A DNA stretch of 64,000 bases. It comes from Chiloscyllium plagiosum. Lineage: Eukaryota. Position 1 is the stretch's first letter. Every line of letters begins with the position of its first letter. Position numbers and translations under genes: made by a program. Below the pieces are notes generated by a model, which worked only from the letters and a program-made list of their open reading frames with translations, was not told the origin of the DNA and searched no databases. The stretch spans positions 50,076,302 through 50,140,301 of the forward strand of contig NC_057719.1 in NCBI RefSeq assembly GCF_004010195.1, read 5' to 3'. Below are positions 1 to 13,919 of the stretch, one piece after another.

Positions 1-973
1 CTTTAAATATAAAATGGCTAATTTGACAGAGGGTCAACTCTTCTAGGAAAACTGCCAAGAGCACTTGCACCATTTACAAGTGGGAGATAAAATCAGCACT
101 ACAAAAATAATTTGTAATGGAGTCTAAACCATCTCAGGAATAAAATGATAGAAATAAATTGTATTTACCTCTTGTGGGAGAATAATGTAATTGAAAATAC
201 TGTAATGAATGAACATTCCAAAATGTCAGAGTGAATTGTGGAACTTCGTCTAGAAAATAAAAACCAAATACTGTCAACTACAAAAACCATCTGATTATTA
301 TTTGATTGGACTGTGCAAATTAGAATGAGGAAATTTCTATTTTTAACATTCAATTACTCAATCGTTTGGCACGAGAAATTTCATGGAGAAGCGGATGGGG
401 GCCAAAGGCTAAGATGAAGAAATTTCGTCCAGCCTGCAGCAGAATTAGGACATTTCATTGTGCTATATGGTCTTGGAGTTCAATTCCATTTGACATGCGT
501 TAGAGCCGGCAGGAAAATGTTCCCAGTAAACATGGCACACAACATGCAGTGCACATAATATACATGCATACTAGACATTACATGGAACACAATGCTCACA
601 GCGAAACGCCAGGTCCCAGATGCATCCCTTATCTGGACAGTATTTGCAGATTTTGAAACTATTTTTCAAACCATCCCACAAATAGCTGAAATCTGTCGTG
701 GTTAATCTTTATTCGTTAGCATTTAAGAACATGCAGCTATTCTGTCACAGAGAGAGAGAAAAATATTCGCATCCTTAAATTAAACATCCTTAAATTAAAT
801 TACCTCAAATTTAGCTCCGTCAGCAATACGAGCGCGGATTACATCCTTTCTATTCTATTCCTCTTAGAAGAGCATCAACCAAACCTATGCAGCTAACGGG
901 AATATTTCCCCCCATGCAGTGTGGCAAGGTCCAAGCAGACGTGCAGCGATTAAATAAACAAGCGGCGACTCAC

Positions 974-1200
974 CTGTTTTTGAAAGGGATTCATCCGATT
1001 TCTCTTACATTTCTTTATTTCGTTGCAAATCCTTTCGGAGGCGTGAATTTTTTTTTTTGGCTTCGTCGTCGTTGCGTTGGTTGTGTTGGTCTCTCGTCAC
1101 CAGCTCGGCTTTGCTCCAGGGCGCCGCGCGTTTGGCTGGAGCAGTGCACGCCTTATCCCAGTATTAGCATGAGGCAGAGCAGAGAGCTGCTTCCCCAACC
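974..1200 (-). promoter_or_regulatory. CpG island with probable non-coding first exon of a minus-strand gene divergent from ACTR10 (possibly ARMH4/C14orf37 by recalled synteny; unverified)
   Basis: CpG-rich at ~820-1450; perfect minus-strand donor CAG|GTGAGT at 974/973; no recognisable coding sequence; the 5' boundary is a guess. Confidence 0.5.
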
Positions 1201-1819
1201 TCGCCTCTTCGTGTACACAATCAACCTTCAGCAAAGATCACAACCCAGTCCAGCGAATCAAAATAACTATTCCCTCAAAAAAAACCCTCTAAATTATAAC
1301 AATATCCTTTATATCGAAAACACTCAATCATTTTAACATTTAAACAAAATACAGCCCAATCCTCATTTATAATTTCACAGATTCTCCAATTTTTGCGTGC
1401 AGATTTCCGCCGAAACACCAGAGGGGCGGCATTGAGGACTAAGGATTGCTTTGAGATAAAACTGTTAGAATTGATGGGGCACTGGCACCAGTACTGGGCA
1501 AACAAGGAGCTGTTTCCGGAGTGGAATTCACCAAAACTGCACGACCATCAGTCAACTAGCGAATGGTCTAACACTGTAGAAAAGGTTTTTAATCTAAATG
1601 CTTGAGGGGAGGTTGAAGAGAAAAGAGCGCATTAGTAAATTGGTCAAACGAAATGGTAAAGATATAGAATTAAAAGTTCTTTATCTGAATTATATTTGTC
1701 AATAGCTAGGTAATTCATAGCACAAATGGAAGCAGATGAGTATTGTGTAATGGCCCCTCCCAATAGTGGTAAATGTCATATGGCGGAGGCAGTCCTTAGT
1801 TAGCTTTTTGAAATAGTTT

Positions 1820-2200
1820 GATTGTATTCTTACCTCTCGCCAAACTCCAGATCCTCGTGTTCAGGTTCCTCCATTGCTTGCCCTTCCCCATCTCTAACGT
1901 CCAACTCAACACTTTTCTAAGATCTACGTGTTTCTCCAATTCTGACCCCTCCTGCACCCCAATTTACCCCTCCAACTGCTTACCCCCTGTAAGCACTGTA
2001 ATTTCCAACCTAAACCTGTCTAGTTTGCTAATCCTCTCTTCTCCATTGAGAAGTACCTTCAAACCTACAATTTTATCAGGCACCTGTTCACTTGTATGAC
2101 CTCTTCTTTATACAACTTGTATCATATATTATCTGATAACACCTGTAAAATGCCTTGGCATGTTTTTAACACTGTTAAAGATGTTGTACAGATTCAAGTT
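1820..2200 (+). mobile_element. Degenerate L2-like LINE 3' remnant
   Basis: Pyrimidine-rich 3' LINE-like sequence ending in a CCTGTAAAATGCCTTGG...TAAAGATG.TGTA..AT.CAAGTT L2-type tail. Confidence 0.45.
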
Positions 2201-3203
2201 AGCATCATACAGCATTTCTTTGGAAAATAGGCTACACCATTTTTATTCTTTATCACTTGCTCAGCTCACATCATGCAGCCATGACCATATGAAGATTATG
2301 TTGTCCAAGTTGACAAACTACCAGGAAATTCAATGACAATTTATTTAAATGAGACGTCATTGTTTGTTTTTACCCATGGCCTTCCTTACCTTTGGTAACT
2401 GTTTGGTTCAGCTGTCCCAGCTCCTTATCGTGTTTCAGTATCTGTGATCGTCAGTTATGCCCTTTTAGTAAAACACTTCTAACTGAGACTGCTCTGCCTC
2501 TTTAACCCTTAACTAACTGAAAATGAATACTTATTCAACCTTTTAAAAGGAGAACATTTTTACTTTTAAGAAAATGGACAATTTATCATTTTAAAGTAGA
2601 GTCAGGTGACCTTTTGTATGTCCATACAATCAAGAGCTCATGGATGGTGAAGGTTATTTAAATGTAAGTAACTATTTGGAAAATCTTTCACTAAAGTAAC
2701 AAGAGGATGCAATAGATTGCTTATGGAACTTACAGTTACATTATTAAAAGTTCACAGAAACTGAAATACAATGGAGTACACATTGCTAGTTAGCTTCAAG
2801 TGTTGCTATACAACCACATTTTAGCCACATGCATAAATTTAATAAGAAAACACCACACACATATTACAGGCAAATGTACATTGTGTATATTCACTTAACT
2901 GACTATTTACCACTGTTTATTGAAGAACTTTGCAGTTGTTCACTTGCACCAAATTTTTAAATTCTGACAGTAAGTTATCTGATGAAGCATATCTTAGCCC
3001 CAGGATTTGCTATGTCTGAGAGATTGTGGAGATAACATAAGATATGTCAGACTCATCCTTACTCTCCATCCAGAATGAAGTAGGATCTTGTTTACTCTTT
3101 TTCATGATGTGTCCTGTTTGAGCTGCATATTATTGCTTAAACATTTTATTTTGAACTCACTCCAAGCAATCACTCCATTCAACCTAACCAAGTCAACACT
3201 TAA

Positions 3204-3544
3204 GGGCGGCACGGTGGCACAGTGGTTAGCACTGTTGCCTCACAGCACCAGAGACGCGAGTTCAATTCCCACCTCAGGCGACTGACTGTGTGGCGTTTGC
3301 ACATTCTCCCCGTGTCTGCGTGGGTTTCCTCCGGGTACTCCGGTTTCCTCCCACAGTCCAAAAAAAAATGTGCAGGTCAGGTGAATTGGCCATGCTAAAT
3401 TGCCCGTAGTGTTAGATGCAGGGGTAAATGTAGGGGAATGGGTCTGGGTGGGTTGCGCTTCGGCGGGTCGGTGTGGACTTGTTGGGCTGAAGGGCCTGTT
3501 TCCACACTGTAAATAATCTAATCTAAACTAATCTAATCTAATCT
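3204..3544 (+). mobile_element. HE1 SINE (full length)
   Basis: tRNA-like head GGCGGCACGGTGGCACAGTGGTTAGC...GTTCAATTCC, V-domain core GTTTGCACATTCTCCCCGTGTCTGCGTGGG, CR1-like tail, (TAATC)n. Confidence 0.9.
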
Positions 3545-4739
3545 TTACAGGATGTTTGCGGTGTTTCTACATTGCTAAAGTTGGGGTTTCACTGATATTT
3601 CATGGCACTTTCAACAAATAACCAATAAGCAGTAACCAAGGTAGGAAAGCACAGTCAAAAAGTGCTTGTATGCTGTGTTTTTCTTTTCATAATTGTAACA
3701 ACAATGCTCAAAGGATCCAGGAACACATCCACGCATCAAACAGATATGGGTATTGAGATCACATGGCAATGAGAGTCCTTATTGCACTTATTGTATACTA
3801 GTCAAAAATCCTATTAGCCATCTCCAGTTTCCAATCACCTAGATGTAACTTTTATACCAAGTAGCTCTGCTGTGGTCAATTGGACTAATAGCAACACATA
3901 AGGAATTTACTCTGCTTGTCACAAGTCAATGCACTGTTCACCCAGTTGCAAACATTGAGCCTTGTGAGCAAAAATGTGACTTTATTTTAAATTTAATTAT
4001 TTTGATTGTTTTCCTTGACAACTAAAAATATAAGCAATTCAATCCCCATTGATGCCAAATTAAAGTACACAGTTCTCAAGGGCCCAAAAGCTGTAATTAT
4101 TTTTCTCATATGCTGTACCCTGCCAACATTTTCTGTTTTCATTCTTAACTTCTCTTCTGAAAGCAATCTAATTAACTTAGGCTTCTGATTTTTTTTTGCA
4201 TGAGTGATCATTTTTCTATAATGTTTTTATTGTGCAGTTATATATACTCTTCACATCTTTTGTGCTATTAATCTCAGCATTTTAAATATGATTTAACCCA
4301 ATGGCTACTATCTTCAGAAAAAAGTAAAATAGTCTGACTACATCTTTAGCTGGAAAGCAGCAGAACTACCAAGTTCACTCAGAAGCCATCCTGGTCCCCA
4401 ACATTCAAGAGTCGTATACCCCTTTTCATTTTCCTGGATTCCAAGGTGCTTATTTTAACCTTTTAATCTGTAATCTTGCTCTGTAATCTATTGAGTTAGT
4501 GTGAACTTCAAGCATTTTCTGTGAAAGATGAAATTTTATTATTACTTCACTCAGACCAAGTTAAGTACAATTAAAACTAAGCTCTTTTCTTTTTAAAATC
4601 ACAAGGAGACCTGTATGATTGCCCCTTTATGATCGCAAAGCATCAATAGTTAAACATTCTCTGAATTGGAATATTTAAGAAACCTGTGCTAGTCAACCAA
4701 GATTGGGGTAAAAGGGAAGCCATTTGATCTCTCTTCATT

Positions 4740-5080
4740 TGATTGTAAAATTCTGGTGAATTATGCATATGTATTTATCAAATAAAGTGCTACTCAGAGC
4801 ACAGTCACAGCAAGCTGCTCCCAGAAGGATAGTGGAAATGCTTTGGAGATTATCAAAGCATCCTTGAAGAGACCAAATATTCCTGTTGACCCTGGCGTGT
4901 AACTAACCAAAATGGAAAAGATTCATTTGGAAAGCCACAAGCACATCAAGAAACATTTCTAGGATGTTATACATCCAGTTTAATCTAAACAACCTTCAAG
5001 CATCACTTGCCCAATATGTGGCAGCATCTACAGATTTCCCATTGGACTCATCAGCCATCACAGAACTGGAGAGGAAACAC
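4740..5080 (+). mobile_element. Degenerate RTE-like LINE 3' remnant
   Basis: Decayed C-terminal RTE-like sequence, similar to the remnants at 41700-42100 and 63000-63200. Confidence 0.4.
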
Positions 5081-5084
5081 ATCT

Positions 5085-5490
5085 AAAGTGTGGTGCTGGA
5101 AAAGCACAGCAGGTCAAACAGCATCCCAGGAGCAGGAGAATCAACGTTTTGGGCATAAACCCTTCATCAGGAATCTGGGGTCGGGGGGAAGGGGCTGAGG
5201 GATAAATAGGAATGTTGGAGTAGGGCTGGGGGGAAAGATAGCTGGGAAGGTGATAGGTAGATGCAGGTGGGGGATGATGATGATACTTTAGGTTGGGAAG
5301 GGTGGAGCGGACAGGTGGGACAGTTCAAGAGGGCAGTGCCCAGTCAGAGGGTTGGATCTGAAATGAACTGGGGGGAGGAAACTGGTCAAATCAACATTGA
5401 TGTTGTGTGGTTGGAGGATCCGTAGACAGAAGTTGAGGTGTTCTTTCCCCAGGTTTCATATGGCTTGGAGTTGGCAGTGGAGGAGGCACA
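5085..5490 (-). mobile_element. Penelope-like element 3' fragment with pLTR and degenerate hammerhead core (5143-5170)
   Basis: Homologous to 29141-29480; minus-strand CTGATGAAGGG-TTTATG-CCC-AAAACGTT (core G mutated to A). Confidence 0.75.
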
Positions 5491-8400
5491 TCCCTAATCC
5501 CAAAAGACCCTTTTTATTACATTTTTTTTTCAAAATTAGTGTGATTTAATTCATAACAATTAAGTACTACCAATAGAGCTAAAGTATTGTTTGACAGAAT
5601 GAATAACTCGAATTGATCCTGAAAGGATACATTGTTAAGTAAGGGTTTAGAAAGTTGGCTGGACTGAAGGGTCTGTTTCCATGTTGTATGACTGTATGAC
5701 TCAATAACTAATTCAACTATCTCAAATTGCAAATAAGTAATGTTTGGTCTGCTACTGTTCTACTTGTTAGACAATTAAGATAATTAAGATCTAAAATAAG
5801 GACAAACCCGTGTTACTTCCTTGGTATCGAAGACCAAGGAGAATTACATAGAGGCAAGAACATACTGCAATATTTTACTGACATTTAAGGGTGTGTCAAA
5901 GATATTCAAGGGAGTTTGAACTCCACTACCAAAGTCGTTTGTAATGCAAGGCAAAAATTACCTGGAAGAAGAATATAAAGGAAGTTGGTGAAGACAATTA
6001 CAAATCTAAGAATTTCTTTTTCCCATCAATGTTTCTTGTTATAAAACTTGATTGTGCCATTTAAATTGCTTGTGCCTGTAGGGGTGACCTATACCTGCCT
6101 ATAACAAGATGGCTGACAAAAAGGATAGCCCAGAATTACATTAAAACTCAAGATGGCTGAAAGGAGATGAACAAGATTAACAGCCTGTACCAGCCTTTAA
6201 GTAAAGAAAACAATGGTACCTTTGAACAAACCTACTCCAAAGCCAGTGAAGGAGGCCTTGACAGCAACCATCCTAGACAGTTATGATAAGAACATGCCTA
6301 CAATATAAGTAAGCAAATATCCTCAGCGCGCTTATGGAAGAATTATGATGTCACTAAGCAGTAAACATCAGGTACAAGAAGTAGCATGCTAAACTCCCTA
6401 AATAGCCACCAGAACATGCATGTGTATGCCTATGTATGAAAGTTAATTAGCTTTCGGAAGAACCCTCATTAGCCCTAGAAAAAATTGTTCACAGTCATTA
6501 ATCACAGAGCACTAAGAGTAGAACAAGCTATACCTAACCTAACTTCAGAACAGAAATCAATATAATAAATCTTATAGCAATTAGTTACAATTAACTGTCT
6601 TGTGTATTTTTACATATATAATTAGAACAATGGGAAATATAAGAGTGTTAATTAAATAGAATACAGTGAATAATAGAATTCAAGCTGTCTCTAAGAGATA
6701 AGCCAGCCTGAAACAGACGTAAGGGAGTACAGCCAGTTACTTTGGAATACGATTGAATAGGCTGCACAGAAAAATCCCAAGAATTTGAGATTATATTGGC
6801 TGGTAAATACAATGAAGTTATGGGTAGCTGTGGCTGGTCAAATAGGTTTTTTACCAGATTGAGTATGTGGATTAGGAGGGAAGAACTACAGTTATGTTGT
6901 ATGTAATTATTGTAATACAGAAATGTATAAAAATATGACTTTTTACTGTACATGTTAGAGTGTGTCAATGATCCCTGTTCTGATCTGAGCTAAAGATTAA
7001 ACAAATAATTGAATTTGTACATTGAGGCCAGATTCAGGAAAGATCCTTTGGCTGCCTCCCTGCTTTGACTGGTTTCTGCATGATTAAACTTCCACCTGCC
7101 TGGATCCCGCCTGCCACCTGAGTCTTCATTCCCTACAGGGAAAAATGCTCCTACAGTAGAGTTTTTTGGAATAATTTCAATGTAAACTTGATCAAAATGT
7201 GTGTGGCAAGCAGAGGCTTTCCATTTTATTATCAAATTATAGTGTCAAACTTGTTAAAAATTGTCAAATCTGCTATTGCCAGGGATCACCTATCTTGCTC
7301 AGTTACATACTTTTCACCTCACCATCTATGAATACAAGATAATTGGGGAATGACATGAGGCATGGGAACAAAATGTTCACATCCTGAGGGGATCTTCCAG
7401 TGTTGACGTTGAATGCACTATGTTTAAAGACCAGCTGAATTATATTGGATACAGTACCAGGACTGCAAGCCAAGAACTTCAAAGAAACTTTTGCTGCTGC
7501 CTGCTCCTACCATTTGTAAATATATATTCACTTACATTATTCTAACACCTGTTGTATTATTATACCAGAAGTTGAAAAGATTATCAGAAGTGGTAGTTCT
7601 GGAATATTCTCCACTGTTGAAAGGATGTACTGTTTCTTGCTTTGTACACCTGATACCACAGTTATAATCTGCAAAATTGATGAGATTACCTCAACCATCA
7701 GGGAATCACATACCTATTACTTGGGATTGGAGTAAAGAAACTCCAGATCACCATCAAGAACATTGAATTTAATAATATAGTTATGAATTGGATTAAGATG
7801 TGGGTTCTCCATCGCTGCATTCTGCAATTGCGTCTTATAAGGACAGAAGAACATATGAAAGAGAAGCAGGACTAGGCTATTTGACCCCCTCAGGCCTGAT
7901 TGATGACTACATTCTATTTCTTGTTAATGAATCTTATATACACGGCAATATGTTTCTCTTTACATAATTAGCTGTTAGTTTCCACGATAGTCTGATGTGG
8001 CACCACATTAAATGCCTTCTGAAATCTAAGTACAGTAAATACCTGGGTCCCCCTTTATCCACAGCATCCCCTTTATTCCCTCAAAGAACTCCAATAAATT
8101 GGTTAAAAATGATTTCCTTTCCAAAAATTAATTTGCACAATTTCCACTCATTTCAATTTGGAGATTTCTCCATTCTCCAGCATATTTTATTTCTACAATA
8201 CTGATCTTCAGTCTTTGCTTATTTATATATTTTGTGAATATACGTTATCCCATAATGTTTTATTATCAATATAACAGTCATTGAGTTTTGTAACTGAATT
8301 CCTTTTTAGAATTTCTTCCAATATTTTTGTGAATAAAACCTTTATATGTATTTCGTAAACAAAAAAGCGAGAGTTTCTGTCACCAAATTACTTTGACATT

Positions 8401-8711
8401 ACCCCTTCTGATCTTTTAAGCTTCCCAAGGTAAAGGTTAACATTTACTTCCTTCTCCTTTTCACATCTAACATTTACATCCATTTTGTCTGTCTATGTTT
8501 CATTTACCACCATAAGCACACCCTTGTCTTTTGCTCTGGGCATTGCCTTCTTCTCCACTGACTACAGCCTAAAAAAGTTCCTTGCAGTTCTAAAGAAAAG
8601 TAATATCAGACTCAAGACATTTATTTTGTTTCTGTCTCCACAAATGCTGACAGACCTGCTGAGTTTTTCCAGCATTTTTTCTTTTTATTCCTTAAATAAC
8701 AATTACAGTTC

Positions 8712-9037
8712 GGGTGGTACGGTGGCTCAGTGGTTAACACTGCAGCCCCACAGCGCCAGGGACCTGGGTTGGATTCCCACCTCAGGCGACTGTGTGTAGT
8801 TTGCACATTCTCCCTGTGTCTGTGTGGGTTTCCTCTGGGTGCTCCAGTTTCCTCCCACAATCCAAATTTGTGCAGGTTAGGTGAATTGGCCAAGCTCAAA
8901 TGCCCATAGTGTTAGGTGTATTGTCAGGGGTAAATATAGGGTAGGGGAATGGTCCTGGGTGAGCTACACTTCAGAGGGTCAGTGTGGACTTGTTGGTAGG
9001 AAGGGCCTGTTTCCATACTGTAGGGAATGTAATCTAA
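8712..9037 (+). mobile_element. HE1 SINE
   Basis: Same head, core and tail as 3204-3544. Confidence 0.88.
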
Positions 9038-9311
9038 TAACAGTAGTGGAAAGGTTAAGTTAGGTCTTTCTTTTACTTGCTATGAACTATCAAGTGAGAT
9101 AAAATTTGATCAGTTCTAACTTTATGTGTGGACAATGTAAAGATTATTCACATTGTTAGAAAAGAAAATGAAATTACTAATGTATTGTCCTGGGTTTAAA
9201 CTAATGGAATAAATTAAAAGATTAAGTAATGCTAAGTTCGTGTAATGTTTTACAAGTTGGTGGGGAAAGATGAATGGATGTAAGTTTTGTATTTTGTTAT
9301 TACTGTATCAC

Positions 9312-9894
9312 TGTGATGATGCTGTCACATTAAAAACAAGGTTATTTTGTCCTTGGTTTTTTTTTAAGAGAGGTCATAAAGGCAAAGGCGCCAAACAGTC
9401 CACTTTAATAATGGAAAGGGAGCGGCCAGTTCTCCCAGTTCAGTTTTTTTCTAGTTTGTTTTAGTTTTAGCAGTCACAAGAGGTGAGAGTTCAGGGGAAT
9501 TGCAAGCTTCAGTAAAGAACTCATCTGACTTTCATCTGAAATCTCTCTCTGGATGCTGCTCCCTCCTGCCTGTAAAAATCAGTGTTTGAATTTACCTTTT
9601 TGCCAAGAGGTGTGCTTAAGGGATGTTACTGTATTGAAACAGTTAATTAGTAATAGTTACTGTATCAAGTCTGTTATGTTTTCGAATAGTTGTTATTCTA
9701 AATTCCATTTTCTTTTGTTTGTGTTTCAATTGTGGTGTTTAAATAAATTCTATTTTGTTTAAAGCTGAGTGGTTTGATCAGCTGTATCACACCTAGAATA
9801 TCCACTACACATCTGCCTTTAAAAACAAGGAAAAATTTAGGATCTAGACTACCTTATTAAAATATTTTGTGGGGGTTTGCCTTGGTCCATAACA
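9312..9894 (+). mobile_element. Solo LTR with 5-bp TSD
   Basis: TGTGATG...CATAACA termini, TSD ATCAC (9307-9311 / 9895-9899), internal AATAAA; second copy at 44452-45037. Confidence 0.85.
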
Positions 9895-10489
9895 ATCACA
9901 TATTTTATGATGAAATGCATTTTGAAATAGTGTTTCATTTTATAATGGTGGAGTCATGTAAAGACTGTCTTTTAATTTTTTTCTGTATTTGCTTACGGAC
10001 TGAAATGGGAAAAGGACTGTTTTAACAATGAACAATTGTAGAAGGAATTGCTGCACTTTTTAGACGCAAGTTACCAATACTTACTGTTCATGGTGTTTAC
10101 ACTGCTGCTTGTTCAACAAGTGGAGAAAGTTTAGTTGCAAAGGAACTGGCACCAGTGGGTTTTCACAAGATGAGATTCATACAGTAACAAGTAGATTGGT
10201 CTGACCCTTGCAGTCTTATGTCTAAAGGGATCAAAGAGTATAGGGTGAAAATGGAAACAGGGTACTGAGCTGAATGATCAGTCATGATCACGTTGAATGC
10301 TACAGCAGGCACAAAAGGGCCAAATGGCCTACTCTCTACATTTCTATGAACGTCAAAATCCATAACTTACTGAAATGTGGACCAAAAGATGGAAAATAGG
10401 ATTAGGTTGAATCACTGGTACATGTCAAGTTAAATGACCTACTTCTGTTTCTACTTCTTATGTTCTTATGAAAAGCAGATCGATTCTTA

Positions 10490-11405
10490 TAGAGTCATAG
10501 AGATGTACAGCACGGAAACAGACCCTTCGGTCCAACTCATCCATTCCGACCAGATATCCTTACCTAATCTTGGCTAATGTCCCTCTAAACTCCTTCTATT
10601 CATGTACTCATCCAGATGACTTTTAAATGTTGTAATTGTACCTGCCCTCACCACCTCCTATGGCAGCTCATTCCATAAACACAGCATGCTCTGCATGAAA
10701 AAGTTGCTCCTTTGGTCCCTTTTAAAGTTTTCCCCCCTCACTCTAAACATATGCCCTCTAGTTCTGGACTCCCCATCTCATGGAAAAGACTTTGTCCATT
10801 CCCTATTCATGCCCTTCATAATTTTATAAACCTCAGCCTCCGATGCTCCCGGGAAAACAGTCCCAGCTTATTCAGCCTGTCCCTGCAGCTCAAATCCTTC
10901 AACCCTGGCAACATCCTTGTAAATCTTTTCTGAACCCTTTTAAGTTTCACAGCATCTTTCTGAAAGGAAGGAGACCAGAATTGCACGCAATATTCCAACA
11001 GTGGCCTAACCAATATCCTCAACAGCTACAACATGACCTCCCAACTCCTATACTCAATGCTCTGTCCAATAAATGAAAACATACCAAATGCGTTCTTCAC
11101 TATCCTATATACCTGCAACTCCACTTTCAATGAACTATGAACCTGCACTCCAAGATTTTTTTGCTCAGCAACACTCCCCAGAACTTTACCATTAAGTGTA
11201 TAGTCCTGCTCTGATTTGCCTTTCTAAAATGCAGTACCTTTATCTAAATTACTCTGCATCTGCCACTCCTCGGCCCACTGGCCCATCTGATCAAGATCCC
11301 GTTGTAATCTGAGGTAACTATCTTCGCTGTCCACTACACCTCTAATTTTGGTGTCATCTTCAAACTTACTAATGATACCTCCTATGTTCACATCCAAATA
11401 CTTAT
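10490..11405 (-). mobile_element. CR1-clade (HER1-like) LINE 3' fragment
   Basis: ORF 10816..11022 LVRPLLEYCVQFWSP...RVQKRFTRMLPGL; CR1 3' tail. Confidence 0.92.
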
Positions 11406-12016
11406 CTGAGTTTATTGCAGTTGTAGACTGGAGTAAATGCCCAAGGTCACAAAGTTAAAAATAATACCAATGGCATTGACTACTTGGCAGAATATTTCAT
11501 ATGACTCTTGTTTTTGTTTCAGCAGTGAACTTAGGGGGATTTGCTCATAACATTTTTGTTCTCATTACTGGCTTATATTAAAAATGGAAATATCATGGAT
11601 TGATAAAAGGGATTTCATAATCATGCAACATTTATTGTTTTTACATAAAATATCGATTTCGCACATTGTATGATTTTTGAGGCTCGCTTTATCTTTAACT
11701 GTACGACCTAAGCTAATTATGATTTTTGACTCAGTTTGACAGCGCCAAAGTAAAAATATACAAGTTCTGATTAGTCACAAGATCAATTCCAAATCCAAAT
11801 ATGTTTTCGCAATGTTTACAGAATTTAAGTTTATCATAACAAGTACGAAAGAAATAACACTTAATAAGAGCAATGATTTTCAGTTGATACACTTCTGGAT
11901 GCCAGTCTGTGATTCTGGTTGACTAGGCAAGGATTTATTTCCTTTCTGCTCACTGAAGTTCTTCATCCATCTTCACCTTCCTTCTTATACAGAGAAACGT
12001 AAGAATCATTACTTAT

Positions 12017-12156
12017 TAACGTAGGTAAAACAAGGACTACAGATGCTGGAAACCAGAGTCTAGATTAGAGTGGTGCTGGAAAAGCACAGCAGATCAGGCA
12101 GCATCTGAGGAGCAGGAAAATCAATGTTCCGGCAAAAGTCCTTCATCAGGAAGGGC
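12017..12156 (-). mobile_element. Short Penelope pLTR-derived insertion with degenerate hammerhead core
   Basis: TSD TCATTACTTAT (12006-12016 / 12157-12167); homologous to the 14832-15043 element; minus-strand CTGATGAAGG. Confidence 0.75.
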
Positions 12157-12167
12157 TCATTACTTAT

Positions 12168-12372
12168 GGAATAAGCTCCCAGAGGAAATGGCGGAGGCTG
12201 GTATAATTACAGCGTTTAAAAGACACCTGGGTGGGTATATGTATCGGCAAGGTTTAGAGGGAGATGGGCCAAGTGCTGACAAAAAAGATTAGATTAATTT
12301 AGAATATCAGGTCGGCATGGATGAGTTGGACTAAAGGGTCTGTTTCCATGCTGTACAGCTCTATGACTCTAG
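12168..12372 (+). mobile_element. CR1 3' end fragment
   Basis: GAAGGGTCTGTTTCCATGCTGTA-type tail with CTATGACT repeats. Confidence 0.8.
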
Positions 12373-13423
12373 TGATATCACTTTCTTTTGATTACTTGCT
12401 TCTCATTCTTTGTCATGCCAATCACTTTGTAAAATTATCCCTTTTGTAACAGCGTGTTTCTCTTAGCTTAACATCTCCATAGATTTTTACCCAGGTAAGT
12501 TGGCAACAATAAACAATTAAAGTATCTGTTTAGAGTATGTAGTGTTGCCCCACATGATTAATTATCATACCAACGAATACATCCGAAAAGATTAAACATC
12601 AACAAGACTACAAAATTCACTACAGATTCTTAAGAATATTAAACATGTAAAAATATTGTAAAATATAGCTGTATGCTTGAGTAAAAGCCTTTACTTCAAT
12701 GCATTCTCATATATGTTAGCCTAAGTTATATTAACTTGAGTCATTAAAGTAACCATAAAATTGAAAACCAATTACCTTATTTTTGACCTGGCCCATATGA
12801 ATTTTAACCATACAAAAATGTTGTATTACTAACCATTACTAAGCAAAATAAAATTTAGTTCCTCACTTACTTTATCAAGTCATTAAGCATTTAAAAATAA
12901 GTTAATCATTCAATATTTCACCCCTCACAAGTGACTCCTTATTTTAACCATCAATCATCAATCTGGAAGCTTTTAAAAGGATCTCTGAAGTGTAATGCTA
13001 ACAGCATTTTCAATCCATTATATCACATCCATAAATGTGATCTCTCTGGTATAGAATTGTTGTTATCACCTTTACAGTGGGCACCAGTTTTATGGGGAGT
13101 CACATTTGAGAATTGTAGTTATAGTTGGTTCAGTATTATTTCCTTGCTAGGAGTAACTAAGGTAGTTGTGTGTATTCAGTCATCTTGAACACAGCACTTT
13201 ATAAGCTATGTTCAGATTTAACATTGGGAATTACAATTTAATGGACCAGAACTGATGGAAGGCCATGTGACATGATCAGTGCCATTTTTGCATGATTTCT
13301 CCTACTCCCTGATGCCTCAGAAAGGAGAAAGTGAAGACTGCAGATGTTGGAGATCAGATGCAGTCAATGCTTCAATCTACTTTCACTATTATAAACCTGT
13401 TTCAACTCAGGGTATTAACTTTA

Positions 13424-13919
13424 TTTTTTTTATTTTTTTCTCTTTTTTTTTCTTTTTTCCCTTTTTTTTTATAATTTAACCCCCACACTACCACCTAAGT
13501 GCGGTAGTGCTTATTTTTTCCCCAGCACCCATGGTGTGTGTGTATACGTGTGAGACACAGTGAAAGACACAAAGTGCACGAATCTTTATTCAATTTCCAC
13601 CACCAGGAAGATAGGAAAACACCCGGGTGGCCAGTGACAAGCACTGCCCTTCACATCAGAGGGCAGTGCTGTGTGATCAAAACAGTGAAGGGGAGGGTAG
13701 GGACTAAATCAAAATAGAGTTGGAGGGAGAAATGATGCACTCCACTCCCTGCGGCGCCCACCTCTCCCTGAACAACTCCAGGGTGTTGGTGGACACCGCG
13801 TGCTCCTTCTCCAAGGACACCCGGGCTCTAACGTAACCGCGGAAGAGGGGCAGGCAGTCGGCCCTAACAACCCCCTCCACGGCCCGCTGCCTGGACCTGT
13901 TGATGGCCAGTTTGGCCAT
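13424..13919 (-). mobile_element. 5'-truncated Tx1/L1-clade retrotransposon with poly(A) and TSD
   Basis: ORF 13704..13919 (LAKLAI...FRERWAP) resembles a Tx1 ORF2 C-terminus; poly-T at 13424-13475; 14-bp TSD GGGTATTAACTTTA (13410-13423 / 13920-13933). Confidence 0.8.

Noticed and set aside
165..353. Minus-strand ORF ending near a GAG|GTAAAT donor-like site
   Set aside because: No recognisable protein similarity or convincing acceptor
887..1336. 149-aa plus-strand ORF
   Set aside because: No recognisable domain; explained by CpG-island composition
3204..3280. tRNA-like A/B box sequences (also 8712, 41349, 42627)
   Set aside because: SINE heads, not tRNA genes
6077..6730. Possible LTR-like segment with two CAAGATGGCTGA motifs
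   Set aside because: Could not define matching termini or a TSD, and there is no second copy in the window
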